From contig CAVWBS010000001.1 of assembly GCA_963753325.1 (NCBI GenBank), positions 1,835,945 through 1,899,944 of the forward strand: 64,000 bases of DNA. The letters are read 5' to 3'. Shown here piece after piece: positions 1 to 10,868 of the stretch. Position 1 is the stretch's first letter. Each line of letters begins with the position of its first letter. This DNA is from an uncultured delta proteobacterium (GTDB taxonomy: Bacteria; Desulfobacterota; Binatia; UTPRO1). The position numbers and the translations under genes are program-made. The notes under the pieces were generated by a model that made no database searches, was not told the DNA's origin, and saw only the letters and a list, made by a program, of their open reading frames with translations.

Positions 1-150
1 GGCGCGGGCGTCGAGACGTTCCGCAGCGAGCAGAGCGCCGACCCGCAATGGGCGACGATTCCGACGCTCGCCGTCCGGCCCCGATCGAACCTCGACAAGC
101 TGAGCAGCTTGCTGAAAGCGCACTGCATCAACAACCACCGCGTCGCCTGA
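1..150 (+). CDS. 3' end of an unidentified gene (partial, enters from the window start)
   Basis: Frame 1 is open from base 1 to TGA at 148-150 (...LDKLSSLLKAHCINNHRVA*). Composition is non-repetitive and no family was recognised. Confidence 0.3.
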   Translation, partial: GAGVETFRSEQSADPQWATIPTLAVRPRSNLDKLSSLLKAHCINNHRVA

Positions 151-262
151 TCGCGTCCGCGCGGGCGCCGCATGCTCCGCGCTCCGGCTTGCACGGCCCG
201 CGATCGGCGAGCCATAACCGACCAGGTTCCGCCCCGTAGCGCGGGGAGCGAGGAGGTCGTCG

Positions 263-715
263 ATGGCCGCGGTCCACCACTACGAAGCGCAGGTGCAATG
301 GCGGAAGGGCGATGCCGCCAATCCGATGAACCATCGGCTCACGTTCGAGGGCCGACCGGCCGTCGAGGCCTCGGGCGCGCCGCAGTACAAAGGCGATCCG
401 GGCAGGCTGAATCCCGAGGAGCTCTTCGTCGCCGCGCTCGTCTCCTGCCAGATGCTGTCCTACGTGGCGCTCGCCGGCCGCGCCGGCCTCGAGGTGCTCG
501 CGTACGAGGATGCGGGCCGCGGCACGATGACGATCGCGGACAAGCGGATGCGCTTCACCGAGGTCGACCTGCGCCCCCGTATCACCATCGCGGCCGGCGG
601 CGACCGGGAGAAAGCGCACGCCCTCGTCGAGACGGCCCACCAGGCGTGCTTCATCGCCAACTCCGTCTCGTGCGCCGTGCGCGTCGAGGCCGAGATCGTC
701 GTCGGCGGCGCCTGA
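263..715 (+). CDS. OsmC/Ohr family peroxiredoxin-like protein
   Basis: 150-aa ORF with the two Cys contexts typical of OsmC (LVSCQMLSY and HQACFIANS) and typical length. Confidence 0.85.
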   Translation: MAAVHHYEAQVQWRKGDAANPMNHRLTFEGRPAVEASGAPQYKGDPGRLNPEELFVAALVSCQMLSYVALAGRAGLEVLAYEDAGRGTMTIADKRMRFTEVDLRPRITIAAGGDREKAHALVETAHQACFIANSVSCAVRVEAEIVVGGA

Positions 716-739
716 GCCGCGCCGCCGGTCGTCGCCGCC

Positions 740-1837
740 ATGGGTCGCAGCCGCGCGATCGTCCAGGAGGGGCCGCGGGCGCTCGTCGAGCGCACGCTGG
801 CGCTCCCCGACATCGACGACGACAGCGCGCTCCTGCAGGTCGAGGCATGCGGCATCTGCGGCAGCGACGCCGAGCAGTACGCCGGGCTCCTGCCGGTGCC
901 GTTCCCGGTGATCCCGGGCCACGAGCCGCTCGGCACGATCGCGCGCATCGGCGATCGCGCCGCCGCGCGCTGGGGCGTCGACGTCGGCGACCGCGTCGCC
1001 GTCGAGGCCCCCATCCCGTGCGGTCGCTGCCGGGTGTGCCTCGCCGGGCGCTATCCGATGTGTCGCGCGCGTGGCAGGTTCTTCGCCCACGGCTACGTAC
1101 CGCTCGCGCAACCGCCGGGCCTGTGGGGCGGCTATGCCGAGTATCTCTACCTCGATCCGTGCTCGCTCGTGCACCGCGTACGCGCCGACGTGCCCGCGGC
1201 GGTCGCGGTGATGTTCAACCCGCTCGGCGCCGGCTTCCGCTGGGCGGTCGACATCCCCGACACCGGCCCCGGCGACACGGTGCTCGTGCTCGGTCCCGGT
1301 CAGCGCGGCATCGCCTGCGTCATCGCGGCGCGCGCCGCGGGCGCCGACACGATCATCGTCACCGGCCTCACGCGCGACGCCGCGAAGCTCGCGCTCGCAC
1401 GCCGCTTCGGCGCCGATCACGTCATCGACGTCGAGCAGGAGGACGTCCGCCGTCGCGTCAAGGAGCTGACCGACGGACGCGGGGCCGACGTCGTCATCGA
1501 GGTGTCGGCGAACGCGCCCGAGCCGGTCGCCGAGGCGCTGCACTACGTGGCGCCCGGCGGACGCATCGTCCTCGCGGGCGTGAAGGGCTTCCGCAGCGTG
1601 CCCGGCTTCGTGAGCGACCTGATCGTGATGAAGGAGGCGCGCATCCTCGGAGCGTTCGGGGTCACCAGCCCTGCGTATGCGTCCGCCATCCGTCTCATCG
1701 AGTCGGGCCGCCTGCCGCTCGCCGACCTCCACACGCACGACTTCCCGCTCGCCGAGACCGAGCGCGCCATCCAGATCCTCGCCGGCGAAGTCGCCGGGGA
1801 AACATGCGTCCACGCGTGCATCTTTCCGCAACGCTGA
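740..1837 (+). CDS. Zinc-dependent alcohol dehydrogenase (MDR superfamily)
   Basis: 365-aa ORF with catalytic-zinc motifs GICGSD and GHEPLG, a structural-zinc Cys cluster CGRCRVCLAG, and a nucleotide-binding VLGPGQRG. Confidence 0.85.
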   Translation: MGRSRAIVQEGPRALVERTLALPDIDDDSALLQVEACGICGSDAEQYAGLLPVPFPVIPGHEPLGTIARIGDRAAARWGVDVGDRVAVEAPIPCGRCRVCLAGRYPMCRARGRFFAHGYVPLAQPPGLWGGYAEYLYLDPCSLVHRVRADVPAAVAVMFNPLGAGFRWAVDIPDTGPGDTVLVLGPGQRGIACVIAARAAGADTIIVTGLTRDAAKLALARRFGADHVIDVEQEDVRRRVKELTDGRGADVVIEVSANAPEPVAEALHYVAPGGRIVLAGVKGFRSVPGFVSDLIVMKEARILGAFGVTSPAYASAIRLIESGRLPLADLHTHDFPLAETERAIQILAGEVAGETCVHACIFPQR

Positions 1838-1887
1838 TGCGCGGCGGCCCGCCGGCGCGCACGCGCTAGTCCGACCTGTCGGCGATC

Positions 1888-4800
1888 TTGACTCACCGCC
1901 GCGACGAGACGAAGGTCGTCGTCGTGCACTGCGTCACCTGTCAGGAGACGTTGATCCCCGGGAAGCCGTTCTGCGCCAACTGCGGCAGCGCCGTGGCGCC
2001 CGCCTGCCCCAACTGCGGCGCCGCCCTCGACGCGCGCTTCCGCTTCTGTCCGAGTTGCGGCACGCCGCTCGCGGCCGACGAGCGCCTGCAACGCCTGGCG
2101 CAGCACATCCCGGACGATCTCGCACGGAAGCTGCGCGCCGCACCTCCGCCCGCCCTGGAGGAGCGCAAGCTCGTGACCATCCTCTTCTGCGATCTCGTCG
2201 GCTCGACGGCGATCGCCGAGGGCCTCGATCCCGAGGAGTATCGCGACCTCATCGAGGAATACATGGCCCTGGCGTTCCGCGAGATCTACGCGCTGGAAGG
2301 CGTCGTGAACACGCTGGCCGGCGACGGGCTGATGGCGCTGTTCGGCGCGCCGATCGCGCACGAGGACGCTCCGCACCGCGCGGTGCGTGCCGCCCTCGCG
2401 ATCCGCGACGCCCTGGCGGCGTTCAACGCCGGGCGGCGGCCGGGCTCGCTCGAGCTGCAGGTGCGGATCGGCATCCACACCGGCCCGGTGGTCGTCGGCA
2501 CCGTCGGGAACGACCTGAAGATGGACTACACGGCAATCGGCGACACCACCAATCTCGCCGCGCGCCTGCAGACCGCGGCGCGGCCCGGCGCGATCCTCGT
2601 CAGCCACGCCACGCACCGGCTGGTGCGCGACGCGTTCGTCAGCGAGGTCGCCGGAACGTTCGAGGTGAAGGGGCGGCGCGAGGCGGTCGTCGCCTACGAG
2701 ATCCGCGCCGCCAGCCACGACGCGACGCCCATGGCGATCGCGGAGGCCCGCGGCCTGACGCCGTTCGTCGGCCGAGGCCGCGAGCTCGCTACGCTCGCGG
2801 CCTGCTGGCAGGAGGTGCTGAACGGGCGTCCGCAGATGATCGCGATCGCCGGCCCCGCGGGGAGCGGGAAATCGCGCCTCATCTACGAGCTGAAGCAACG
2901 GATGGGAACCGAGCGCATCGCCTATTTCGAGGCGCGCTGCGCCGCGCTCACCCAGGGCATCCCCTACGCGCCCATGACGAACATGTTGCGCCAGTACTTC
3001 GGCCTCGTCACCGGCGAGCCCATGGAACACGCCTGCCACAAGATCGTCGCGCAGCTCTCCGAGCTCGCCGACGCGCCGGCGACCTTGCATCAGCACCTCT
3101 GTCGCCTCCTCTCCGTCCACGACGATCCGACCGGCGACAGCGTGCCGCCGGAGGAGCAGCGCCAGCAGACCTACGAGGCGGTCGCCAAGCTGGTGCGGCT
3201 CACCAGCCAGCGCCGGCCCGTGATGATGATCCTCGAGGATCTGCACTGGATGGACGACGCCTCGCGCGAGATGGTCGCGCTCGCGGCGGCGAACATCCAC
3301 GACGAGCGCCTCGCGTTGGTCGTGAGCCACCGGCCCGACTTCGAGCCGACCTGGCGCAACAGCCCTGCCCTCACCCGCGTACGCCTCGGCACGCTCGGCG
3401 ACGACGACGTGCAGGCCATCATGCGCGCCGTCGCCGGCGGTCGGCTGCCGCACGCGCTCGAGGAGCGCATCCTCGGGCGCGCGGAAGGCAACCCGTTCTT
3501 CGCCGAGGAGATCACGCGCGCGCTGGTCGACGACGGCTACCTGCTGCGCGGTGACGGCCACATCCGGCTCACGCGCCCCGTCGCCGAGATCGGCATCCCC
3601 GATACCGTGCAGGAGCTGATCGGCGCGCGGCTCGACCGCCTCGGCCCCCACGCCAAGCGGGTGGCGCAGGTGGCGGCGGTCCTCGGGCGGCAGTTCCATC
3701 GCGGCCAGCTCGCGCAGCTGCTCGCCAGCGAAGGCATCGACGTCGGCCGCGAGCTCGAACGTCTCGAGCGCCGCGGGATCGTGCACCGGAAACAGGTGCG
3801 CACACCCGACGAGTACCGCTTCGGGGAGAGCCTGGTGCAAGAGGTCGCGTACGAGGCGCTGCTCCTCAAGGAGCGACGGCAGCTGCACGAACGCATCGGT
3901 CTGCTGCTCGAGCGCGACGGCGCCGACCGCGATCCGGAGCGCGTCGCGCTGCTGGCGCATCATTTTGCGCGCAGCGACAACCGCCGGAAGGCGATCGAGG
4001 CGCTCCTCCGCGCGGCGCATCGCGCCGAGGCGCTGCCCTCGTATGCCGCGGCCGCAGCCTTCTATCGCCAGGCCTGGGAGCTGGCCGATGCCGCCCTCGC
4101 GGAGAGCAACGGCACCGATACCGAGCTGAAGCACGCGGTCGTGAGCGCCACATTCGGCCTGGTGCGCATCACGGTCCTCTACGGGCCGTCGCACACCGAC
4201 GAAGCCGAGCGCGCGGCGCAACGCGGGCGGGCCCTCGCCGAGGAGATCAGCAACGTCGAGACGCTCGCCGGGCTCTATACGTTTCACGGCCTGGCGCTCA
4301 CCGGCGACGATCGCGAACGGTTTGCGCAGGGGCTGGCGCTCGTCGAGGAAGGCCTCGTCCTGGCGCAGCGCGCGGGCCTGGAGCTCGCGGCGACCAGCAT
4401 CTCGCGCGGGCTCGCCTGGACCTATGCCCTCGATGGGCAGCTCGAGCTCGCGCGCCGCACCATCGACTGGGTGGTGCAGGATCTCGACGTCCGCGGCGAG
4501 CGGGCGCGCGCGACCGACGTGTACTTCGGCGCCCGCTGGGTCCGCGAGGGCATCCTCTACATCAGCGACGATCTGGCGACGGCGGCGGCGAGCGCGCGCG
4601 AGACCCACGAGCTCGCGCTGCACGCGCCCAACCGGACGGCGCAGAGCAGCACGGCGGCGACGCTGGCGCAGGTCTTTTTCGAGCAGACCGACTACGCCGA
4701 GGCCAAGCGCTGGGCGGATCGCAGCCTCGAGATCGCGCAGTCGATCGGCAGCCTCGCCGGCATCCGCATCGCCTCGGCCGTCGCCCTCGCGGCACGCCTC

Positions 4801-5289
4801 GAGCTCGGCGAGCCGACCAACGTCGGGGCGTACGTCGAGGCCATCGAGGAAGGCCTCGCGCAGAGCGGCAGCCTGCCCCTCAACAGCCGTCTCGTCATCG
4901 AATCGCTGCTGATGGCCGGCGAGGTCGCCCGGGCGCGCCGCGTCGCCGAGCTGACGCACGGACGCGGGGGCGGCCGCCTGCGCGAGGTGATCCGCTCCGT
5001 GGCGCGGGGCGACGTGCTGCTGCGCCTCGGCACGGCCCACTGGGTCGAGGCCGAGCGCTGGTACGGGCCAGCGCTGGCGCAGGCGCAGGTGCTCGGCGCC
5101 GCCTCGACCGAGGCCGCGGCGCTCCTCGGTCTGGCCGAGATCGCGCTCCGGCGCGGCGAGCGCGATACGGCGGCCCGTCAGCTCGATCTCGCGCTCGCGC
5201 GCTGCCGCGACCGCGACCTGCGGCGCACGCAGCGGCGCGCCGAGCGTCTGCTGGCCGAGGTCAGCGCCGAGACGAAGCGTCTCGCGTGA
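1888..5289 (+). CDS. Multidomain signalling protein: double zinc ribbon + class III adenylate/guanylate cyclase + AAA/STAND ATPase + TPR-like helical repeats
   Basis: Intact 1133-aa ORF (TTG start from the ORF track; exact start uncertain). It has N-terminal CxxC pairs (CVTCQ..CANCG..CPNCG..CPSCG), cyclase motifs LFCDLVGST and GIHTGPVVVGTVG, Walker A GPAGSGKS, and a long Ala/Leu-rich helical C-terminus. Confidence 0.85.
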   Translation: MTHRRDETKVVVVHCVTCQETLIPGKPFCANCGSAVAPACPNCGAALDARFRFCPSCGTPLAADERLQRLAQHIPDDLARKLRAAPPPALEERKLVTILFCDLVGSTAIAEGLDPEEYRDLIEEYMALAFREIYALEGVVNTLAGDGLMALFGAPIAHEDAPHRAVRAALAIRDALAAFNAGRRPGSLELQVRIGIHTGPVVVGTVGNDLKMDYTAIGDTTNLAARLQTAARPGAILVSHATHRLVRDAFVSEVAGTFEVKGRREAVVAYEIRAASHDATPMAIAEARGLTPFVGRGRELATLAACWQEVLNGRPQMIAIAGPAGSGKSRLIYELKQRMGTERIAYFEARCAALTQGIPYAPMTNMLRQYFGLVTGEPMEHACHKIVAQLSELADAPATLHQHLCRLLSVHDDPTGDSVPPEEQRQQTYEAVAKLVRLTSQRRPVMMILEDLHWMDDASREMVALAAANIHDERLALVVSHRPDFEPTWRNSPALTRVRLGTLGDDDVQAIMRAVAGGRLPHALEERILGRAEGNPFFAEEITRALVDDGYLLRGDGHIRLTRPVAEIGIPDTVQELIGARLDRLGPHAKRVAQVAAVLGRQFHRGQLAQLLASEGIDVGRELERLERRGIVHRKQVRTPDEYRFGESLVQEVAYEALLLKERRQLHERIGLLLERDGADRDPERVALLAHHFARSDNRRKAIEALLRAAHRAEALPSYAAAAAFYRQAWELADAALAESNGTDTELKHAVVSATFGLVRITVLYGPSHTDEAERAAQRGRALAEEISNVETLAGLYTFHGLALTGDDRERFAQGLALVEEGLVLAQRAGLELAATSISRGLAWTYALDGQLELARRTIDWVVQDLDVRGERARATDVYFGARWVREGILYISDDLATAAASARETHELALHAPNRTAQSSTAATLAQVFFEQTDYAEAKRWADRSLEIAQSIGSLAGIRIASAVALAARLELGEPTNVGAYVEAIEEGLAQSGSLPLNSRLVIESLLMAGEVARARRVAELTHGRGGGRLREVIRSVARGDVLLRLGTAHWVEAERWYGPALAQAQVLGAASTEAAALLGLAEIALRRGERDTAARQLDLALARCRDRDLRRTQRRAERLLAEVSAETKRLA

Positions 5290-5381
5290 GCGGGTGACGC
5301 GGCCGCACGCGGGCAGCACCGCGGCCCTGTTGCAGCACCGCGGCCCTTGATCCGCCCACGCCTCTCCAGCTAGGGCGAGCC

Positions 5382-7979
5382 ATGCCGTTCGACCCGGCGT
5401 CGGGAGCCTACGTCGACATGCGGGTGGCCCGCGGCTTTCCCCTCGGCGGCATGGGGAGCGGCGGGATCGCCCTCAACACCGACGGGAGCTTCGGCGAGCT
5501 GCGCCTGAACAACAACTGGATGTGCCCGATCCGCGGCCCCGCCGGGAGCTTCCACGCGTGCTTCGCTGAGCGCGATGGGGCGCCGAGCGAGACCGTGCTG
5601 CTGCGCATGGCCCCGGGCGCGGACGTCCCCGGCGCACCGGCCTGGCGCGAGTACGAGGGCGTCCGCCACGTGCGCTCGACCACGTTCGTCGGCACGCTCC
5701 CGACGTTCCGTCTGCGCTACGACGATACGCTGCCCGTCGAGCGTCACGCTCGACGGGTTCACCCCGCACGTCCCCCACGACGTCCGCGCCTCGACGCTGC
5801 CGGCCGCCGTCTTTCGCTTCCGTCTCGAGAATCCCGGCGACGATCCGGTCGATGCGGCGCTGCTCTTTTCGTTCGAGAACGTCCTCGGACGCGGCGGCAC
5901 CGGCCATCTCGGCGTCGAGCTCGGTGCCGACGACGTGCTCCGCGCCGTGCGCGCACCGCGCGTGTACGACGACATCGGCGGCAACCACCAGCTGAGGGTC
6001 GAGACCGCGGGCCGCCGCGGCGTCCGCTTCCGCACCGCTCAGCACCATGGCCCGCGCTCGCACCGCGCCGGCGTGACGGGTGAATACCTGATGCTCGTCG
6101 AGCCCGACGCCGACCTCGAGGTGACCGTCTGCGAGGAGTGGGATGCCGCCGCCCCGCGGGCGAGCGTCCTCGACGAGTTCGCGCGCGACGGACGCGTCCG
6201 CTCGCATCCGACCGGCGGCGCGGCCGGCGGCTCCCCGTCGCCCCGCCGCGGCGATCGCGGCCCGCATGACGCTCGCGCCGGGCGCCGACGCGTGAGATCG
6301 TCTTCGTGCTGGCCTGGTGGACGGCCGACCACGTGACCGGGCCGGCACCCGTGGGCCCGCAACCGACGGGATCCGCCGTCGACCGACGCCGGGCCGCGCG
6401 AGGGCACGTGGCGTCGGCCACGTCTACGCCACGTATTTCGCGACCTCGACGCGCTGCGGCGTACGTGCTCGACGAGCGCCGGCAGCTCGAGGAGCGACTC
6501 GACCGAGGTGGTCGCGGCTGCTGCGACGCCTCGATCGCTGCCGCCCTGGCTGGTGCGCGCGCTCGCGAACTCGATCGACGCGGTGCTGTGCAACTCGGTC
6601 GTCCCGGCGAGCGGCCGGCTGTACACGATCGAGGGCGTCGACTGGCGCTGGCCGATGGGCGGCCTCACCGGCACGAACGACCAACGGCTCGCCGCGCACC
6701 CTATCTGGCGACGTTCTTCACCGAGCTGAACCTCACCGAGCTCGACGAGTTCCGCCGCCTGCGGCGACGAGCGCGGCGCGATCCCGCACGGCAACGGCAA
6801 CTGCGACCTCGGCCTCGGCACGACCGACGTGCCCTACGGCTGGCCGATCGTCCATCAAGGGACTTCCTGCCGGCGAAGGAATGGACCGATCTCACGATGT
6901 CGCTGGTCGCTGCAGGTCTGCAAGCTGTGGCGCCGTACCGGCCGCCAGGACGTGCTCGAGCGCTTCTGGCCGGACGCTGTGCGCGGCATGGAGTACCTGC
7001 GCGCGATCGCGCCGCGCGGCGTTCCCGAGGGCGGCACCACCTTCGACGTCTGGGAGCTTGCCGGGCGTGTTCGCCTACACGCGCGACGCTCTACCTCGCG
7101 AGCCTGCGCGATGATGGCCGACATGGCCGGGCGATCGAGCCCGCGAGCGCGCCGCAGCCTATCAATCGCGCTCGCCACCTGCGCCGGCGCGCTCGAGGAC
7201 GAGCTGTGGGACGAGCGCGGCTTCTATCGCACCAGCCGCCGACGCACGACACGATGTTCACCGCGCGCTCGCCGGCGACTGGCTCGCGCGCTACGCCGGG
7301 GCGGACCCGGTGCCGATCCGGTCCGGGCCGCGAGCCATCTGCGCCACCCGCGCACCAGCGCGCGTCGCTGGTGACGCGGCGGTCGCGGCGCGCAGGGCCG
7401 CTACCGCGCGCTGCCGCGCGCCGAGGCGCACTTCGACGGCACCGAGGTGCGTGAACCGGCGATGGGGCCGGGCTGCCGCCGGCGAGGAGATGACCTACGT
7501 CTGGCAGGTGCTATCCCTACCAGGCCAGCGCTGCAGATCCAGGTCGGGCAGGTCGACGCAGGCGCTGCGCACGCATGCAGTTGATCTACGATCGTCTGTG
7601 GCGCGATGGCAACGCGTGGAGCGGCGGGCCTGCGCGGCAACGACGAGTCCATCTACATGACGCATCCGGCGGTGTGGGCGGTGCTGCAGCGCGTTCACCG
7701 GAGCCGCGCTCGACGTGCCCGCGCGGACGCTCGTCGTCTGGCCACGCTCGGCGGGCGAGATCGCGCGGCTGCGCTGCCCGTTCTTCTTTCCCCGCTGTGG
7801 GCGATGCTCGACTACGATCCCGGCAACGGCACGATCGCAGATCGAGGTCGTCCGTCACGTTCGGCACGCCGGTGACGATCGACCACGTCGCGCTGCGCGG
7901 CGCCTCGGGAGCGCTGCGCCGCATCACCATCCCGGAGACGGAGCTGGCCGAGGGCTGGAGCCTCGAGCTGACGCTCTGA
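5382..7979 (+). pseudogene. GH116-type beta-glucosidase (GBA2/glucosylceramidase-like), interrupted by many frameshifts
   Basis: The N-terminal GFPLGGMGSGGIALNTDGSFGELRLNNN matches the GH116 N-domain. Later family-like segments continue in different frames, in ORFs 5575.., 6306.., 6317.., 6508.. (LPPWLVRALANSIDAVLCNS...YTIEGVDWRWPMGGLTG), 6829.. and 7575..7979. Confidence 0.7.
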
Positions 7980-8055
7980 GCGGCGGTCCGCGTGGGCGAC
8001 GCCCGCGCGGGACCAACGCCTTGCTCAGGCTCATCGCGCATGGAAAGTTGCTCGG

Positions 8056-9929
8056 GTGGACGAGCCTGACCGCGCCTCCAGCGCGGATCGCCTGCCGGTA
8101 GCGCCCTCGCTCGGCCCGACGCTCGCGGCGGCGAACCTGCCGCAGCCCTCGGCGCTGGTCGACCGGCGTGTGGTGCTCGTCAGCGGCCTCGCCGTAGCGC
8201 TCGCCGCCGGCGCCACGGTGATCGCCCGCGCGCTCACGGCGCTCATCGGTCTCGTCACCAATCTCGCCTTCTACGGCCGCGTCTCGATCGCGTTCGTCTC
8301 GCCCGCGGACCACCACCTCGGGCTCGCGAGCCTCGCGGTGCCCGTCGCCGGCGGCCTCGTCGTGGGCGTCATGGCGCGCTACGGCTCGCAGGCGATCCGC
8401 GGCCACGGCATCCCCGAGGCGATGGAGCAGGTGCTCCTCAACGAGAGCCGCATCCCGCCGCGCATGACGTTCCTCAAGCCGCTCTCCGCGGCGATCGCGA
8501 TCGGCACCGGCGGGCCGTTCGGCGCCGAGGGACCGATCATCGCCACCGGCGGCGCGCTCGGCTCGCTGCTCGGGCAGCTGCTCGCGATGACGGCCGACGA
8601 GCGCAAGACGCTGCTCGCCGCCGGCGCCGCCGCCGGCATGGCGGCCACCTTCGGCAGCCCGGTCGTCGGCGGTGCTGCTGGCGATCGAGCTGCTGCTCTT
8701 CGAGCTGCCGGCCGCGCTCGCATCATCCCGGTCGCGCTGGCCAGTGCGACCGCCGCCGGACTGCGGGTGGCGCTCGTCGGCGCCGCGCCGATGTTCCCGC
8801 TCGCCGGCATTGCGCCGCCGACGGTGCCGGCGCTCGTCGCTCTACATCGCCATCGGCGCGCTCGTCGGCGTCGCCGCGGTCGACGTGACGCGGCTCGTGT
8901 ACGCCATCGAGGACGCCTTCGAGAAGCTGCCGATCCACTGGATGTGGTGGCCGGCGCTCGGCGGGCTCGTCGTCGGCGTGGTCGGGCTACTCGCACCGCG
9001 CACGCTGGGCGTCGGCTACGACAACATCAGCGGAATCGTCGCCGGCGATCTCGCCGGCCGCGCCGTGCTCCTGCTGTGCGCCCTGAAGCTCGTCTCGTGG
9101 GCGATCGCGCTCGGCAGCGGCACGTCCGGCGGCACGCTGGCGCCGCTCTTCACCATCGGCGGCGGGCTCGGCGCCGCGCTCGGCGCCATGGCGCATGACG
9201 CTCCTCCCGCACGCGGGGCTCGACCCGCGCATCGCCGCGCTGGTCGGCATGGCGGCGATCTTCGCCGGCGCCTCGCGCGCGCTGCTCACCTCGGTCGTCT
9301 TCGCCTTCGAGACGACGCTGCAGCCGCTCGGCCTGCTGCCGCTGCTCGGCGGCTGCACGGCGGCCTATCTCATGTCCTGCCTGATGATGCGCACCACCAT
9401 CATGACCGAGAAGATCGTGCGCCGCGGCGTGCGCGTGCCGGCGGAGTACGTCGCCGACTTCCTCGATCAGGTCCTGGTGCGCGACACGGCCTCACACGAC
9501 GTCGTCGCGCTCCGCGCCGGCGACAGCCTGGCGGCCGTCCGCGCCTGGCTCGGCTCGGGCGCGCACGGCACACAGCATCAGGGCTTCCCGGTTCTCGACG
9601 GACGCGATCGGCTGGTCGGCGTGCTCACCCGCCGCGATCTGATCGGCGCCGCGGACGCCGACACGTCGCGCCGGATCGAGCAGCTCGTCACCCGCGCGCC
9701 GCTGGTCGTGTACGACGACTGCTCGCTGCGCGAAGCGGCCGACCACATGGCCGATCACGACGTCGGCCGCTTGCCGGTCGTGACGCGCGCCACGCCCCAC
9801 CGGGTCGTCGCCATGCTGACTCGCAGCGATCTCCTGGGTGCGCACCGGCCGCGCCTCGCCGAGCAGCGGCACGCGGGCCCCGTGCTGCAGGTCGGTCGGC
9901 GACGCGGCCTACGCTCAGCGCCCGCATGA
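8056..9929 (+). pseudogene. ClC-family chloride channel/transporter with C-terminal CBS pair, at least 4 frameshifts
   Basis: ClC motifs GHGIPE, GGPFGAEGP and GGTLAPLFTIGG, plus two CBS-like repeats (GFPVLDGRDRLVGVLTRRDL, VGRLPVV...VAMLTRSDL). Consecutive segments lie in ORFs 8056..9198, 8672..10012 and 9195..9929. Confidence 0.75.
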
Positions 9930-10868
9930 GCCGAGCGCGCGGCGGACGCCGTCGGCCAGCACGCCGCCGACGTCGATCGCGTTCGAGCGATGGCGGATCG
10001 TGTTGCAGGTGACGACACGGGCGGCACCGGCGCGCCGCAGCCCGGCATAGGCCCCGTCGGCGAAGACCGCGTGCACCCCGACGCACACCGGCGCCGCGAG
10101 ACCGGCGCGGCGCAGCAGGCGCACGGTGGCGATCATCGTGCCGGCGGTGGAGATGATGTCGTCGACGACCACCGGGGTGTGACCGCGCCAGCTCCGCACC
10201 CCGGGAACGGAGATCTCCACTTCGCGGTCGCCGCGCCGGACCTTGGCCAGCACCATCGACGGCAGACCGCCCGCCGCCGCGACCGCCTCGACCCATTGCG
10301 CGCTCTCGCCGTCGGGCCCGACGACGACCGGCTGCCGCACGTGCGCGCCGATCCACGCCGCGATGCTCGGCGCCGCCGTCAACGCCAGCGCCGGAACCGT
10401 ATAGACGGCATCGAGCGACCGGTAGCGATGGAGATGGGGGTCGACCGTCACCAGCCAATCGACGTGCGCCGACAGCAGCCGCCCGTAGTAGACCGAGGTG
10501 ATTCCCTCGCCCGGCGCGAACCGCGCGTCCTGGCGCATGTAGGCGAGATACGGTGCCACGAGTCCGACGGTGCGCGCGCCGAGGTCGCGCAGCGTGGCGG
10601 CCGTGAGCAGCGCCGGCAGGGTGCGCTCGTCGGGACGGTCGAGGCCGCACAGCAGCACCACATCGTGGCCCCGCACCGGCGTCGTCACGCGCACGTGGGT
10701 CTCCCCGTCGGGGAACGCGCGGGTCGGGTCCTTGCCGCGCGTCGCGCCGAGCCGGCGCGCCAGGGTGCCGCCCAGATGCTCGCATCCCTGCAGGGCGAGG
10801 ACGATGGGCCGGCGTCGGCGCGGACGCGCCGCGGTGCGCCCTGGCGCGCCTGAGCGGCGTCCCGTCAC
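9915..10868 (-). CDS. Ribose-phosphate diphosphokinase (PRPP synthetase) family protein
   Basis: PRPP-binding loop VVVDDIISTAGT and TCNTI near the C-terminus, with overall Prs-like layout. The start is placed at GTG 10868; upstream residues of the 394-aa ORF are Arg/Pro-rich and look non-coding. Start is uncertain. Confidence 0.7.
   Translation of the reverse strand: MTGRRSGAPGRTAARPRRRRPIVLALQGCEHLGGTLARRLGATRGKDPTRAFPDGETHVRVTTPVRGHDVVLLCGLDRPDERTLPALLTAATLRDLGARTVGLVAPYLAYMRQDARFAPGEGITSVYYGRLLSAHVDWLVTVDPHLHRYRSLDAVYTVPALALTAAPSIAAWIGAHVRQPVVVGPDGESAQWVEAVAAAGGLPSMVLAKVRRGDREVEISVPGVRSWRGHTPVVVDDIISTAGTMIATVRLLRRAGLAAPVCVGVHAVFADGAYAGLRRAGAARVVTCNTIRHRSNAIDVGGVLADGVRRALGSCGR

Noticed and set aside
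1543-5319. Very long antisense or off-frame ORFs. Examples are 1258 aa on the minus strand opposite the cyclase gene, 567/565 aa at 128-1869, 1407 aa at 22115-26338, 993-aa N-terminal extensions, and 608 aa at 45899-47725.
   Set aside because: They are Arg/Ala/Pro/Gly-rich and low-complexity with no motifs. They overlap genes with clear family signatures. This is the expected stop-codon-poor shadow ORF pattern of very GC-rich DNA.
5313-5347. A 16-nt direct repeat GCAGCACCGCGGCCCT, present twice (5313-5328 and 5332-5347), between the cyclase gene and GH116.
   Set aside because: It is a single short local duplication with no recognisable operator symmetry or terminator geometry, so there is too little to interpret.
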